From NCBI GenBank assembly GCA_002269645.1, contig NIVC01004811.1, positions 1 to 34,459 on the forward strand: a stretch of DNA of 34,459 nucleotides, in the 5' to 3' direction. The notes beneath the pieces were generated by a model. The model had not been told where the DNA came from and did not search any database. It saw only the letters and a list, made by a program, of their open reading frames with translations. The DNA is from Macrostomum lignano. Its lineage: Eukaryota. Made by a program: the position numbers and the translations under genes. Every line of letters begins with the position of its first letter. Positions within the stretch are counted from its first letter, which is position 1. Of the stretch, positions 21,019 to 33,409 are shown one piece after another.

Positions 21019-24000
21019 TATATACTAAAGTTGACGTGTTGTTTGTCTGTCTGTCTGTCTGTCATTTCGACAACTCCTCCTTGAATAGTGTCAACTCAGC
21101 GTTGAAACTTATATGGGAAGATTGGAAATTATCCGAGGTCGGCTATAGGCTATTTTAATTCTGAAATTTTAATTTCTAAGATCCTCAAAAAAGCAGAAAA
21201 CGGCGGTCTTGACCTTTGATAATCTTAATTGTCCCCTCTTTCTGCTTGGAGCTGAAAATTTGCATGAATTTCAAGTGATTGCGCCACAACTTTTCCCTAT
21301 CTATGCAGTGTATTTTCTCTCCAGTGGGGGGATGGGGCGTTCTAAATGGCTGCATGTGTACAATCGGACCCTGGCTCACTGGCTGACTGTATAGACAATT
21401 GCGCAAAGATTTGTGTTCTAATTTTCAATAGGCAGCCCTGTGATTTTGTTGAACCTTGAAATTCAATGCATAAACTTGCGGGCCTCTTTAGCAGGCAGTG
21501 AACGTACAATCGATATTTCAATGCTTTAAATCAGAAAGTTTCAAACGCAAACTGTTGCTCGAGTTTTTAACTTTGAGAGAAAAAATTTATATTGCTGGAA
21601 AGAACTTGCAAAGCTGATTTCAGGGATATAAATTGTTTGCTTTAAATATGAAAACTAAAAGCTCTGCATTGCAAAAACTATTTCCATACTTTAAACTTTC
21701 TGCAAAGATTGTACTCATTTTAGGATTTCAATGGCGTTCGACCGACCCCCCAACAGTTAGGAGGTCGGTCGGTGTGTATTTGAGGGTTGATTTAGATTGC
21801 GCAATCTGTTTGTTAACTTTAACTGAGACTGATACTGACTAACACAGAAATATATTGCACAATCAATTGATTCAATTGGTTCATTTTTTATTATCGGCCC
21901 TGTGTATTAGTTTGGCAGTGAAATTCAATGAATAAACTTGCGAGCTTCTCTAGCAAGTAGTCGGGAAATTGGTAAATTCAAACGCTAACTGTTCCTCGAG
22001 TTTTAAACTTTCAGAGGAGAAACTTATATTGCTGGAAAGATCTTGCAACGCTGAGTTCGGGGATATAAGTTGTTTGCTTTAAATGTGTAAAGAAAAAGCC
22101 CAGCATTGAAAAAACTATTTCCATGCTTTTAACTTTCTGCAAAAATTGTGCTCAGTTTTGCGAGACGTAATAGATAAAGTTGGGGGGAGGGTTCAACTTC
22201 TCACTGCTGCTGTGTATTGGAGGGTTGATTTAGATTGCGCAATGTTTTTGTTAACTTTAACTGAGACTGATACTGACTGACTGTGAAATCGGTTGCACCA
22301 TCAATTTGTTTTATTATCTGTGCCTTTCAATACGCTGCCCTGTGTAATAGCCAGCCTGTGTAATGAATGAATCAACTTGCGAGCCTCTTTGGCAGGCAGT
22401 GAACGTACACTCGATATTTTAATGCTTTAAAACGGAAACTTTCAAACGCTAACTGCTCTTCGAGTTCTAAACTTTAAGAGAAGAGACTTATACTGCTGAA
22501 AAGATCTTGCAATGCTGAGTTCGAGGATATAAATTGTTAGCTTTCAATATAAAGACTAAAAGAGCAGCATCAAAAAAACTATTTCCATACTTTTAGCTTT
22601 ATGCAAAGATTGTACTCATTTTTTGGTTCAATGCCCCCAACAGATGGGGGTTCAATTTCTAACTGCCACAGCGTATTGAAAAGGGGTCGGTCTCTGTGTA
22701 CTGGAGGGTTGATTTAAATTGCGCAATCTTTTGGTTAAATTTAACTGAGACTGATACTGACTGTGAAATCGGTTGCGCAATGAATTGATTCAATTAGTTC
22801 AATATTTTTATCTGTGCCTTTTAACACGAAGCTGTGCGTAGTTCTAACCCTAACCCTAACCCTAACCCTAACCCTAACCCTAACCCTAACCCTAACGAAT
22901 CTGGCGAGTTAAGTTGTTTGACGGAAAAAATTCGATTAAGTCAAGTTTAACGGAGACGATTTCAATGTTTAAATTCTGACGGAGAAGATTTCTGTTTCGT
23001 GGAGAGGATTTCGATGATGTTCAGTTTCACGAAAGGATTTCCATGGTGTTCAGTTTCACGGAGAGGATTTCGATCATGTTCAGCTTCACGGAGAGGCTTT
23101 CTGTTTCGCGGAGATAATTTATGATTGATTTCTGTTTTATGGAAACAATTTTGATGGATTTAAGTTTCAAGGAGAGGATTTCGAAGGAGTCCAGTTTCAC
23201 TGAGAGGATTTCGATGGTTTTTAGTTGCACAGACAGGATTTTTGCTTCGCGGAGAGGATCTTGATGGATTTGGCATCTTCAATCAGTCAGAGAAGAGAGT
23301 AAAGAGAAGACTGAAAAGAGAAGAGAGAAGAGATGATAGAAAACAGAGTATAATTGAGTGGAGAGATTAGACATGACAGATTGGAGATGATAGGAGAGAG
23401 AATAGATGAGGGATAAGAGCGTACAGAGGCAATATAAGAGAGGGGAGAGTAGAGGAGAAAGAAAGAGTGAGATGAGGAGATGAGGGATGAGAGAGCAGGG
23501 GAGAGAGGAGACAGGAGAGAGTACAGACGAAAGACTAAGGAGAAGATATAAATAAGGTAGTAAAGATGAGAGGAGAGAGAGGAGAGAGAAGCGAAAGGAG
23601 AAGAGAGTGAGGAGAGAGGAGAGAGATGAAAGGAGCAAGGAAATGAGAAAAGAGAGAATGGAGAGAATAGAAAAGAGAGAAGAGAAGAGACAGGGGATAG
23701 TGAAAAGGAGGAAGAAAGATGGGAGACAAGAAAGTAGTGTCAGAGCGTATATGAAATATTAGAAATGAGAGCCGAGAGAAGAGAAAAGAGAAGAGAGAGA
23801 GAGGGTTAAGAGAGACGATAGATAAGTGAGTAGAGATGACATATGAGAGAGGAGAGAAGAGGGAGAGATAAGAGTGAAGAGAGGAGACAGAAGACAGGAG
23901 AAGGTACAGACGAAAGACGAGGGAGAAGAGATAAATAAGGGAGCAGGGGTAGAGATGAGATGAGAGAGAGGAGAGAGGAGATATGAGAGACTTGAGAGTC

Positions 24001-24157
24001 TTTGAGCTATGGTCTTTGAAAGATTTTGTAAAGAATTTGGAGACGATTTGGAAGATAGGGTTAAAGACATGGAATTTCAGTTGATGGATATTTCAGGGAA
24101 TAGAATTCCGGTGATGGGAGTTCTTCCCCTTTCTCCTCCGAAGGAGGAGTTCCACTC
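21019..24157 (+). mobile_element. Non-autonomous Helitron unit H (three internal modules)
   Basis: TATATACTAAAG head; hairpin 24133-24149 + TTCCACTC; 3139 bp. Confidence 0.82.
22844..22896 (+). repeat. (CTAACC)~9, unit H
   Basis: Eight full copies plus CTAAC. Confidence 0.9.
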
Positions 24158-25981
24158 TCTATATATACTAAAGTTGACGCGTTGTTTGTCTGTCTGTATG
24201 TCTGTCTGTATGTCTGTCTGTATGTCTGTCTGTCATTTCGACAACTCCTCCTTGAATAGTGCCAACTCAGCGTTGAAACTTATATGGGAAGATTGGAAAT
24301 TATCCGAGGTCGGCTATAGGCTATTTTAATTCTGAAATTTTTATTTCTAAGATCCTCAAAAAAGCAGAAAACTTGAATCTTGACCTTTGATAATCTTAAT
24401 TGTCCCCTCTTTCTGCTTGGAGCTGAAAAATGCATGAATTTTTAGTGATTGCGCCACAACTTTTCCCTATCTCTGTAGTGTATTTTCTTTCCAGTGGGGG
24501 GTGGGAGCGTTCTCAGTGGCTGCGTGTGTACACTTGGACCCTGGCTCACTGGCTGACTTTATAGATAATTGCGCAATGATATGGCTACTGATAAGTTTTC
24601 CTGCCTTTCAATGGGCAGTCCTGTGTATTTGTTGGACATTGAAATTCAATGCATCAACTTGCAAGCAGGCAGTGAACGTACACTCGATACTTCAATGCTA
24701 TAAATCAGACAGTTTCAAACGCTAACTGTTCCTCGAGTTTTAAACTTTGAGAGGAGAAACTTATATTGCTGGCAAGATCTTGCAACGCTGAGTTCGGGGA
24801 TATAAGTTGTTTGCTTTAAATATGAAAAGAAAAAGCACAGCATTTGAAAAACTATTTCCATACTTTTAACTTTCTGCAAAGATTGTACTTTAATCTGCAA
24901 AGATTGTTGGGGGGAGGGTTCAACTTCTCACTGCTGCTGTGTATTGGAGGGTTGATTTAGATTGCGCAATGTTTTTGTTAACTTTAACTGAGACTGATAC
25001 TGACTGACTGTGAAATCGGTTGCGCAATGAATTGATTCAATTAATTCAATATTTTTATCAGTGCCTTTTAACACGAAGCTGTGCGTAGTTCTAACCCTAA
25101 CCCTAACCCTAACCCTAACCCTAACCAATGAATCCGAAAAGTTGAGTTGTCTGACGGCAAAAAAATTCGATTGAGTCCAGTTTAGCGGAGACGATTTCAA
25201 TGTTTTAATTTTGACGGAGAGGATTTCGATGGTGTTCAGTTTCACGGAGAGGATTTCGATGATGTTCAGCTTCACGGAGAGGATTTCGATGATTTTCAGC
25301 TTCACGGAGAGGATTTCTGTTTCGCGGAGATAATTTATGATTGATTTCTGCTTTATGGAGACGATTTTGATGGATTTAAGTTTCAAGGAGAGGATTTCGA
25401 AGGAGTCCAGTTTCACGGAGAGGATTTCGATGGTTTTCATTTGCACGGACAGGATTTCTGCTTCGCGGAGAGGATCTTGATGGATTTGGCATCTTCAATC
25501 AGTCAGAGAAGATAGTAAAGAGAAGAATGAAAAGAGAAGAGAGATGAGATGATAGAAAACAGAGTAGAAATGAGTGGAGAGATTAGACATGACAGACGGG
25601 AGAGAAGAGTGGAGTAAGGCGGGAACGAAGGAGATAGAAGAGAAAAGGAGAGATATGAGAGAAGAGAGGAGACAAGAGACAGAAGAGGGTACAGACGAAA
25701 GACGAGGGAGAAGAGATAAATAAGGGAGTAGGGGTAGAGATGAGATGAGATGAGAGAGAGGAGAGAGAAGAGAGTCACGATAATAGCGAAGAGAGGAGAG
25801 AGGAGATATGAGAAACGTAAGAGTCTTTGAGCTATAGTCTTTGAAAGGTTTGTAAAGAATTTGGAGAAGATTTGGAAGATGGGATTCAAGACATGGAATT
25901 TCAGTTGATGGATATTTCAGGGAATGGAATTCCGGTGATGGGAGTTCTTCCCCTATCTCCTCCGGAGGAGGAGTTCCACTC
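24158..25981 (+). mobile_element. Non-autonomous Helitron unit I
   Basis: TCTATATATACTAAAG head; hairpin 25957-25973 (loop GGA) + TTCCACTC. Confidence 0.82.
25091..25126 (+). repeat. (CTAACC)6, unit I
   Basis: Directly read. Confidence 0.9.

Positions 25982-26013
<32 letters not shown>
25982..26013 (+). repeat. (TCTA)8 microsatellite at the head of unit J
   Basis: Eight exact copies directly read. Confidence 0.95.
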
Positions 26014-26014
<1 letters not shown>

Positions 26015-27731
26015 ACTAAAGTTGACGTGTTGTTTGTCTGTCTGTCTGTCTGTCATTTCGACAACTCCTCCTTGAATAGTGCCAACTCAGCGTTGAAACT
26101 TATATGGGAAGATTGGAAATTATCCGAGGTCGGCTATAGGCTATTTTAATTCTGAAATTTTAATTTCTAAGATCCTCAAAAAAGCAGAAAACGGCGGTCT
26201 TGACCTTTGATAATCTTAATTGTCCCCTCTTTCTGCTTGGAGCTGAAAATTTGCATGAATTTCAAGTGATTGCGCCACAACTTTTCCCTATCTCTGCAGT
26301 GTATTTTCTCTCCAGTGGGGGATGGGGCGTTCTAAATGGCTGCATGTGTACAATCGGACCCTGGCTCACTGGCTGACTGTATAGACAATTGCGCAAAGAT
26401 TTGTGTTCTAATTTTCAATAGGCAGCCCTGTGATTTTGTTGAACCTTGAAATTCAATGCATAAACTTGCGGGCCTCTTTAGCAGGCAGTGAACGTACAAT
26501 CGATATTTCAATGCTTTAAATCAGAAAGTTTCAAACGCAAACTGTTGCTCGAGTTTTTAACTTTGAGAGAAAAAATTTATATTGCTGGAAAGAACTTGCA
26601 AAGCTGATTTCAGGGATATAAATTGTTTGCTTTAAATATGAAAACTAAAAGCTCTGCATTGCAGAAACTATATCCATACTTTAAACTTTCTGCAAAGATT
26701 GTACTCATTTTAGGATTTCAATGGCGTTCGACCGACCCCCCAACAGTTAGGAGGTCGGTCAGTCGGTGTGTATTTGAGGGTTGATTTAGATTGCGCAATC
26801 TGTTTGTTAACTTTAACTGAGACTGATACTGACTAACACAGAAATATATTGCACAATCAATTGATTCAATTGGTTCATTTTTTATTATCGGCCCTGTGTA
26901 TTAGTTTGGCAGTGAAATTCAATGAATAAACTTGCGAGCTTCTCTAGCAAGTAGTCGGGAAATTGGTAAATTCAAACGCTAACTGTTCCTCGAGTTTTAA
27001 ACTTTCAGAGGAGAAACTTATATTGCTGGAAAGATCTTGCAACGCTGAGTTCGGGGATATAAGTTGTTTGCTTTAAATGTGTAAAGAAAAAGCCCAGCAT
27101 TGAAAAAACTATTTCCATGCTTTTAACTTTCTGCAAAAATTGTGCTCAGTTTTGCGAGACGTAATAGATAAAGTTGGGGGGAGGGTTCAACCACAGATAC
27201 TATAAACACTAGATAGGCCACTCAGGCTAATTTTCTGGGCAAGTTTTTTATTCTACTTTCTGCTTAGTAGCAATGAAAGGAAGCAACAGTATTATTTGCT
27301 AAATTAGACAAATCGAGTGACTGTTTTTAAGACATCGTTTTGCTAACGCCATAAACAACTAACTTGTTTTGTGCAGTAATGGTGTACTGTACATTAAGAC
27401 GCGACAGACAGTGTGCAATGCCGCTATCTTTCAAAGTGGAGGAAGGGGGGTAGTCTGGAATAGGGTTAATATCAGTTTCGTATAAGGCAGGGTGAGTGGA
27501 TCGATAATTTAGGCCCACTGGTGGTGGGATAGAAAATAAAGGACTGCACATAGCTAGCCTGGGTTAGGGGTGGGGGTTGAGAGGTTGTGGGTTAGAAAAT
27601 TTGGGGGTGGCGAATCGTGCTTAAAAGCTTATATAGATGAACAGGACAAGAGTCAGAGTTAAAGAAAGTTCGAGTGCATACTAGCTTTTCTATCTAATCT
27701 TGTACTCGAGAAATGTTTTGATTCGAACCAC

Positions 27732-27940
27732 TGCTGTGCTCCCACTTGCACGAGCTTTGTACTAGTGCTATTAACATCCGAGAAAGAAAAATCCGTTGCG
27801 AATGCATAAATTACCAAAAGATGACACTGGCGAAGCGCTGGCAGCAGCTACTGCAGGAGCGTGGATATTGACCTTTATAAACAATTAAATCACGGGGCCT
27901 CCGTGTGTTCAGCTTGCACTTTATGGACGAGGCCTACTGC
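27732..27940 (+). pseudogene. Degenerate THAP DNA-binding domain (transposase N-terminus remnant)
   Basis: In order, across two frameshifts and two stops: CCAPTC (27732), MHKLPKD (27802), KRWQQLL (~27833), RVFSLHF (27902-27922), matching THAP C..PxC / H.FPKD / W / CSxHF motifs. Confidence 0.68.
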
Positions 27941-28274
27941 TGCCTTACAAAGTGCCACGGATGTGCAAGACATCTGTTTTCGCTGGGACGCAATCCCACA
28001 CCAAGAGTTGATGCTGCCTCGGCTCGTTCAAATAGACCAGCTACCCTCTGTGCAAAGGACTGATAAACGATGAAGAGGCAGACGACATGTACCCTCCAGT
28101 GCTGGGGCCAATTAGCAATCTATCTGCAGCCGAGCCTGCGACTTGCCTGCTGCCAGTGCTGTGGCAGAGCAACCTTCGGCTACCAGATTCTGCGCCGAGA
28201 ACAGCTGTTGCGGCTGAAAGCTCTCACCTCTGCAGCCGATTCGCGGGTTCCAAGCGCTAGAGGCAACGATCAAG

Positions 28275-28536
28275 CGGCTGCAGCAACGATCCCGAGGCCG
28301 AAAGTGACAGGCGAATCAAGCGGCTGCAGCGGCAATCCCGAAAGCGACAGGCAAATCAAGCGGCTGCAGCGGCAATCCCGAAAGCGACAGGCAAATCAAG
28401 CGGCTGCAGCGGCAATCCCGAAAACGACAGGCAAATCAAGCGGCTGCAGCGGCAATCCCGAAAGCGACAGGCAAATCAAGCGGCTGCAGCGGCAATCCCG
28501 AAAGCGACAGGCAAATCAAGCGGCTGCAGCGGCAAC
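28275..28536 (+). repeat. 40-bp tandem repeat inside the TIR element
   Basis: CGGCTGCAGCGGCAATCCCGAAAGCGACAGGCAAATCAAG x5 (28321-28520, one substitution) plus a partial copy and a degenerate leading copy. Confidence 0.95.
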
Positions 28537-29896
28537 ATTCGATGGTCAAGGCAAGTGCAGCGCAGTCGTGCATCCATGGACTGTGGAGGCGTGGCTAGCG
28601 CAGCTTCCAGCGGTCGACTGGGCGGCAGGGCGCTCGCAGTCAGGGGTGCTCTGGTCAAAGGATGTCATCTCATCAGCAGCTCATTGCAGCTGCACCACAA
28701 AAGTCCTGCTGCTTATCGGCTGCCTGTTACGAAACCACTGAGGATTGGCTCTCCATCGGATACATCCCTGGACCTTGAAGTGGCGCATTCGCCAGTTTTT
28801 TTCATCTGTTGGGCCGTTCTGAATGCTGCCTCTGAACAAGGGCGACTGGCGACCCTGTTCTTCAACAGCACGCTGCGAGTTTCACAAACAGATGAGCTGA
28901 TTAAGATGAGAAATCTTTCTATTTTGCTACACGAATATGGATTATGGAGTATATGATATAGCTCGTATTTGCTAAATATACAATAGTTGACTGCAATAAT
29001 ATAGCCTTCTATGCAATCTAAAGCATTCACAATGTTGCTTTGAATTGTGGAAAGTATAATTATAAGTTTCTTTTTGCAAAAAAATCAATACAATTGCTGC
29101 ATTGCATTCATCTGTTTTTTTTTATTTTTAAAAAATATAAATAACGCTAAAATGTTTTTACTACTACTAAGCAGAAAGTAGAGTAAACTGTCGTGTTGTG
29201 AAAATTAGCCTGAGTGGCCTATCTAGTGTTTATAGTATCTGTGGGTTCAACTTCTCACTGCTGCTGTGTATTGGAGGGTTGATTTAGATTGCGCAATGTT
29301 TTTGTTAACTTTAACTGAGACTGGTACTGACTGACTGTGAAATCGGTTGCGCCATCAATTTGTTTTATTATCTGTGCCTTTCAATGCGCTGCCCTGTGTA
29401 ATAGCCAGCCTGTGTAATGAATGAATCAACTTGCGAGCCTCTTTGGCAGGCAGTGAACGTACACTCGATATTTTAATGCTTTAAAACGGAAACTTTCAAA
29501 CGCTAACTGCTCTTCGAGTTCTAAACTTTAAGAGAAGAGACTTATACTGCTGAAAAGATCTTGCAACGCTGAGTTCGAGGATATAAATTGTTAGCTTTCA
29601 ATATAAAGACTAAAAGAGCAGCATCAAAAAAACTATTTCCATACTTTTAGCTTTATGCAAAGATTGTACTCATTTTTTGGTTCAATGCCCCAACAGATGG
29701 GGGTTCAATTTCTAACTGCCACAGCGTATTTAAAAGGGGTCGGTCTCTGTGTACTGGAGGGTTGATTTAAATTGCGCAATCTTTTGGTTAAATTTAACTG
29801 AGACTGATACTGACTGTGAAATCGGTTGCGCAATGAATTGATTCAATTAGTTCAATATTTTTATCTGTGCCTTTTAACACGAAGCTGTGCGTAGTT

Positions 29897-29930
29897 CTAA
29901 CCCTAACCCTAACCCTAACCCTAACCCTAA
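29897..29930 (+). repeat. (CTAACC)5+, unit J
   Basis: Directly read. Confidence 0.9.
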
Positions 29931-31193
29931 TGAATCTGGCGAGTTAAGTTGTTTGACGGAAAAAATTCGATTAAGTCAAGTTTAACGGAGACGATTTCAA
30001 TGTTTAAATTCTGACGGAGAAGATTTCTGTTTCGTGGAGAGGATTTCGATGATGTTCAGTTTCACGAAAGGATTTCCATGGTGTTCAGTTTCACGGAGAG
30101 GATTTCGATCATGTTCAGCTTCACGGAGAGGCTTTCTGTTTCGCGGAGATAATTTATGATTGATTTCTGTTTTATGGAAACAATTTTGATGGATTTAAGT
30201 TTCAAGGAGAGGATTTCGAAGGAGTCCAGTTTCACTGAGAGGATTTCGATGGTTTTTAGTTGCACAGACAGGATTTTTGCTTCGCGGAGAGGATCTTGAT
30301 GGATTTGGCATCTTCAATCAGTCAGAGAAGAGAGTAAAGAGAAGACTGAAAAGAGAAGAGAGAAGAGATGATAGAAAACAGAGTATAATTGAGTGGAGAG
30401 ATTAGACATGACAGATTGGAGATGATAGGAGAGAGAATAGATGAGGGATAAGAGCGTACAGAGGCAATATAAGAGAGGGGAGAGTAGAGGAGAAAGAAAG
30501 AGTGAGATGAGGAGATGAGGGATGAGAGAGCAGGGGAGAGAGGAGACAGGAGAGAGTACAGACGAAAGACTAAGGAGAAGATATAAATAAGGTAGTAAAG
30601 ATGAGAGGAGAGAGAGGAGAGAGAAGCGAAAGGAGAAGAGAGTGAGGAGAGAGGAGAGAGATGAAAGGAGCAAGGAAATGAGAAAAGAGAGAATGGAGAG
30701 AATAGAAAAGAGAGAAGAGAAGAGACAGGGGATAGTGAAAAGGAGGAAGAAAGATGGGAGACAAGAAAGTAGTGTCAGAGCGTATATGAAATATGAGAAA
30801 TGAGAGCAGAGAGAAGAGAAAAGAGAAGAGAGAGAGAGGGTTAAGAGAGACGATAGATAAGTGAGTAGAGATGACATATGAGAGAGGAGAGAAGAGGGAG
30901 AGATAAGAGTGAAGAGAGGAGACAGAAGACAGGAGAAGGTACAGACGAAAGACGAGGGAGAAGAGATAAATAAGGGAGCAGGGGTAGAGATGAGATGAGA
31001 GAGAGGAGAGAGGAGATATGAGAGACTTGAGAGTCTTTGAGCTATGGTCTTTGAAAGATTTTGTAAAGAATTTGGAGACGATTTGGAAGATAGGGTTAAA
31101 GACATGGAATTTCAGTTGATGGATATTTCAGGGAATAGAATTCCGGTGATGGGAGTTCTTCCCCTTTCTCCTCCGAAGGAGGAGTTCCACTCG

Positions 31194-33409
31194 TATATAC
31201 TAAAGTTGACGCGTTGTTTGTCTGTCTGTATGTCTGTCTGTATGTCTGTCTGTCATTTCGACAACTCCTCCTTGAATAGTGCCAACTCAGCGTTGAAACT
31301 TATATGGGAAGATTGGAAATTATCCGAGGTCGGCTATAGGCTATTTTAATTCTGAAATTTTAATTTCTAAGATCCTCAAAAAAGCAGAAAACTTGAATCT
31401 TGACCTTTGATAATCTTAATTGTCCCCTCTTTCTGCTTGGAGCTGAAAAATGCATGAATTTTTAGTGATTGCGCCACAACTTTCCCTATCTCTGTAGTGT
31501 ATTTTCTTTCCAGTGGGGGTGGGAGCGTTCTCAGTGGCTGCGTGTGTACACTTGGACCCTGGCTCACTGGCTGACTTTATAGATAATTGCGCAATGATAT
31601 GGCTACTGATAAGTTTTCCTGCCTTTCAATGGGCAGTCCTGTGTATTTGTTGGACATTGAAATTCAATGCATCATCTTGCAAGCAGGCAGTGAACGTACA
31701 CTCGATACTTCAATGCTATAAATCAGACAGTTTCAAACGCTAACTGTTCCTCGAGTTTTAAACTTTGAGAGGAGAATCTTACATTGCTGGCAAGATCTTG
31801 CAACGCTGAGTTCGGGGATATAAGTTGTTTGCTTTAAATATGAAAAGAAAAAGCACAGCATTTGAAAAACGATTTCCATACTTTTAACTTTCTGCAAAGA
31901 TTGTACTTTAATCTGCAAAGATTGTTGGGGGAGGGTTCAACTTCTCACTGCTGCTGTGTATTGAGGGTTGATTTAGATTGCGCAATGTTTTTGTTAACTT
32001 TACCTGAGGCTGATACTGACTGACTGTGAAATCGGTTGCGCAATGAATTGATTCAATTAGTTCAATATTTTTATCTGTGCCTTTTAACACGAAGCTGTGC
32101 GTAGTTCTAACCCTAACCCTAACCCTAACCCTAACCCTAACCCTAATGAATCTGGCGAGTTGAGTTGTTTGACGGAAAAAATCGATTAAGTCAAGTTTAG
32201 CGGAGACGATTTCAATGTTTAAATTCTGACGGAGAAGATTTCTGTTTCGTGGAGAGGATTTCGATGGTGTTCAGTTTCACGAAAGGATTTCCATGTGTTC
32301 AGTTTCACGGAGAGGATTTCGATCATGTTCAGCTTCACGGAGAGGCTTTCTGTTTCGCGGAGATAATTTATGATTGATTTCTGTTTTATGGAAACAATTT
32401 TGATGGATTTAAGTTTCAAGGAGAGGATTTCGAAGGAGTCCAGTTTCACTGAGAGGATTTCGATGGTTTTTAGTTGCACAGACAGGATTTTTGCTTCGCG
32501 GAGAGGATCTTGATGGATTTGGCATCTTCAATCAGTCAGAGAAGAGAGTAAAGAGAAGACTGAAAAGAGAAGAGAGAAGAGATGATAGAAAACAGAGTAT
32601 AATTGAGTGGAGAGATTAGACATGACAGATTGGAGATGATAGGAGAGAGAATAGATGAGGGATAAGAGCGTACAGAGGCAATAGAAGAGAGGGGAGAGTA
32701 GAGGAGAAAGAAAGAGTGAGATGAGGAGATGAGGGATGAGAGAGCAGGGGAGAGAGGAGACAGGAGAGAGTACAGACGAAAGACTAGGGAGAAGATATAA
32801 ATAAGGTAGTAAAGATGAGAGGAGAGAGAGGAGAGAGAAGCGAAAGGAGAAGAGAGTGAGGAGAGAGGAGAGAGATGAAAGGAGCAAGGAAAGGAGAAAA
32901 GAGAGAATGGAGAGAATAGAAAAGAGAGAAGAGAAGAGACAGGGGATAGTGAAAAGGAGGAAGAAAGATGGGAGACAAGAAAGTAGTGTCAGAGCGTATA
33001 TGAAATATGAGAAATGAGAGCAGAGAGAAGAGAAAAGAGAAGAGAGAGAGAGAGGGTTAAGAGAGACGATAGATAAGTGAGTAGAGATGACATATGAGAG
33101 AGGAGAGAAGAGGGAGAGATAAGAGTGAAGAGAGGAGACAGAAGACAGGAGAAGGTACAGACGAAAGACGAGGGAGAAGAGATAAATAAGGGAGCAGGGG
33201 TAGAGATGAGATGAGAGAGAGGAGAGAGGAGATATGAGAGACTTGAGAGTCTTTGAGCTATGGTCTTTGAAAGATTTTGTAAAGAATTTGGAGACGATTT
33301 GGAAGATAGGGTTAAAGACATGGAATTTCAGTTGATGGATATTTCAGGGAATAGAATTCCGGTGATGGGAGTTCTTCCCCTTTCTCCTCCGAAGGAGGAG
33401 TTCCACTCG
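31194..33409 (+). mobile_element. Non-autonomous Helitron unit K (near-copy of C)
   Basis: TATATACTAAAG head; hairpin 33384-33400 + TTCCACTCG. Confidence 0.82.
32107..32146 (+). repeat. (CTAACC)6+, unit K
   Basis: Directly read. Confidence 0.9.

Larger units (their letters stand above)
27192..29243 (+). mobile_element. Non-autonomous TIR DNA transposon, P-superfamily-like (2052 bp)
   Basis: Perfect 44-bp TIRs 27192-27235 / 29200-29243 starting CACAG; 8-bp TSD GGTTCAAC at 27184-27191 and 29244-29251; empty site in paralogous unit H at 22190-22197; 19-bp subterminal IR 27252-27270 / 29164-29182; THAP remnant inside. Superfamily call is an inference from CANRG ends + 8-bp TSD + THAP. Confidence 0.85.
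25982..31193 (+). mobile_element. Non-autonomous Helitron unit J (near-copy of H carrying a TIR transposon insertion)
   Basis: (TCTA)8 head; 5212 bp, or 3152 bp after removing the insertion and one TSD; ends hairpin + TTCCACTCG. Confidence 0.82.

Noticed and set aside
22844-22896. True chromosome end or telomere fusion
   Set aside because: Tracts are only 3-9 copies, lie at a fixed internal position of a repeated unit, and show no inverted head-to-head arrangement.
27561-27610. G-rich, telomere-like patch (possible G-quadruplex) in the TIR element
   Set aside because: Only one GGGTTAGGG and a long loop; no support beyond composition.
28070-28741. 223-aa minus-strand and neighbouring ORFs in the TIR element as a transposase
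   Set aside because: Openness is due to the 40-bp repeat and high GC; no DDE/RNase H motifs recognised.
1489-33321. Long Leu/Ser-rich minus-strand ORFs (e.g. 1489-2277, 3957-4886, 9046-10044, 30314-31105)
   Set aside because: They are the reverse complement of GA-rich tracts, which lack stop codons by composition; frames differ between near-identical units.
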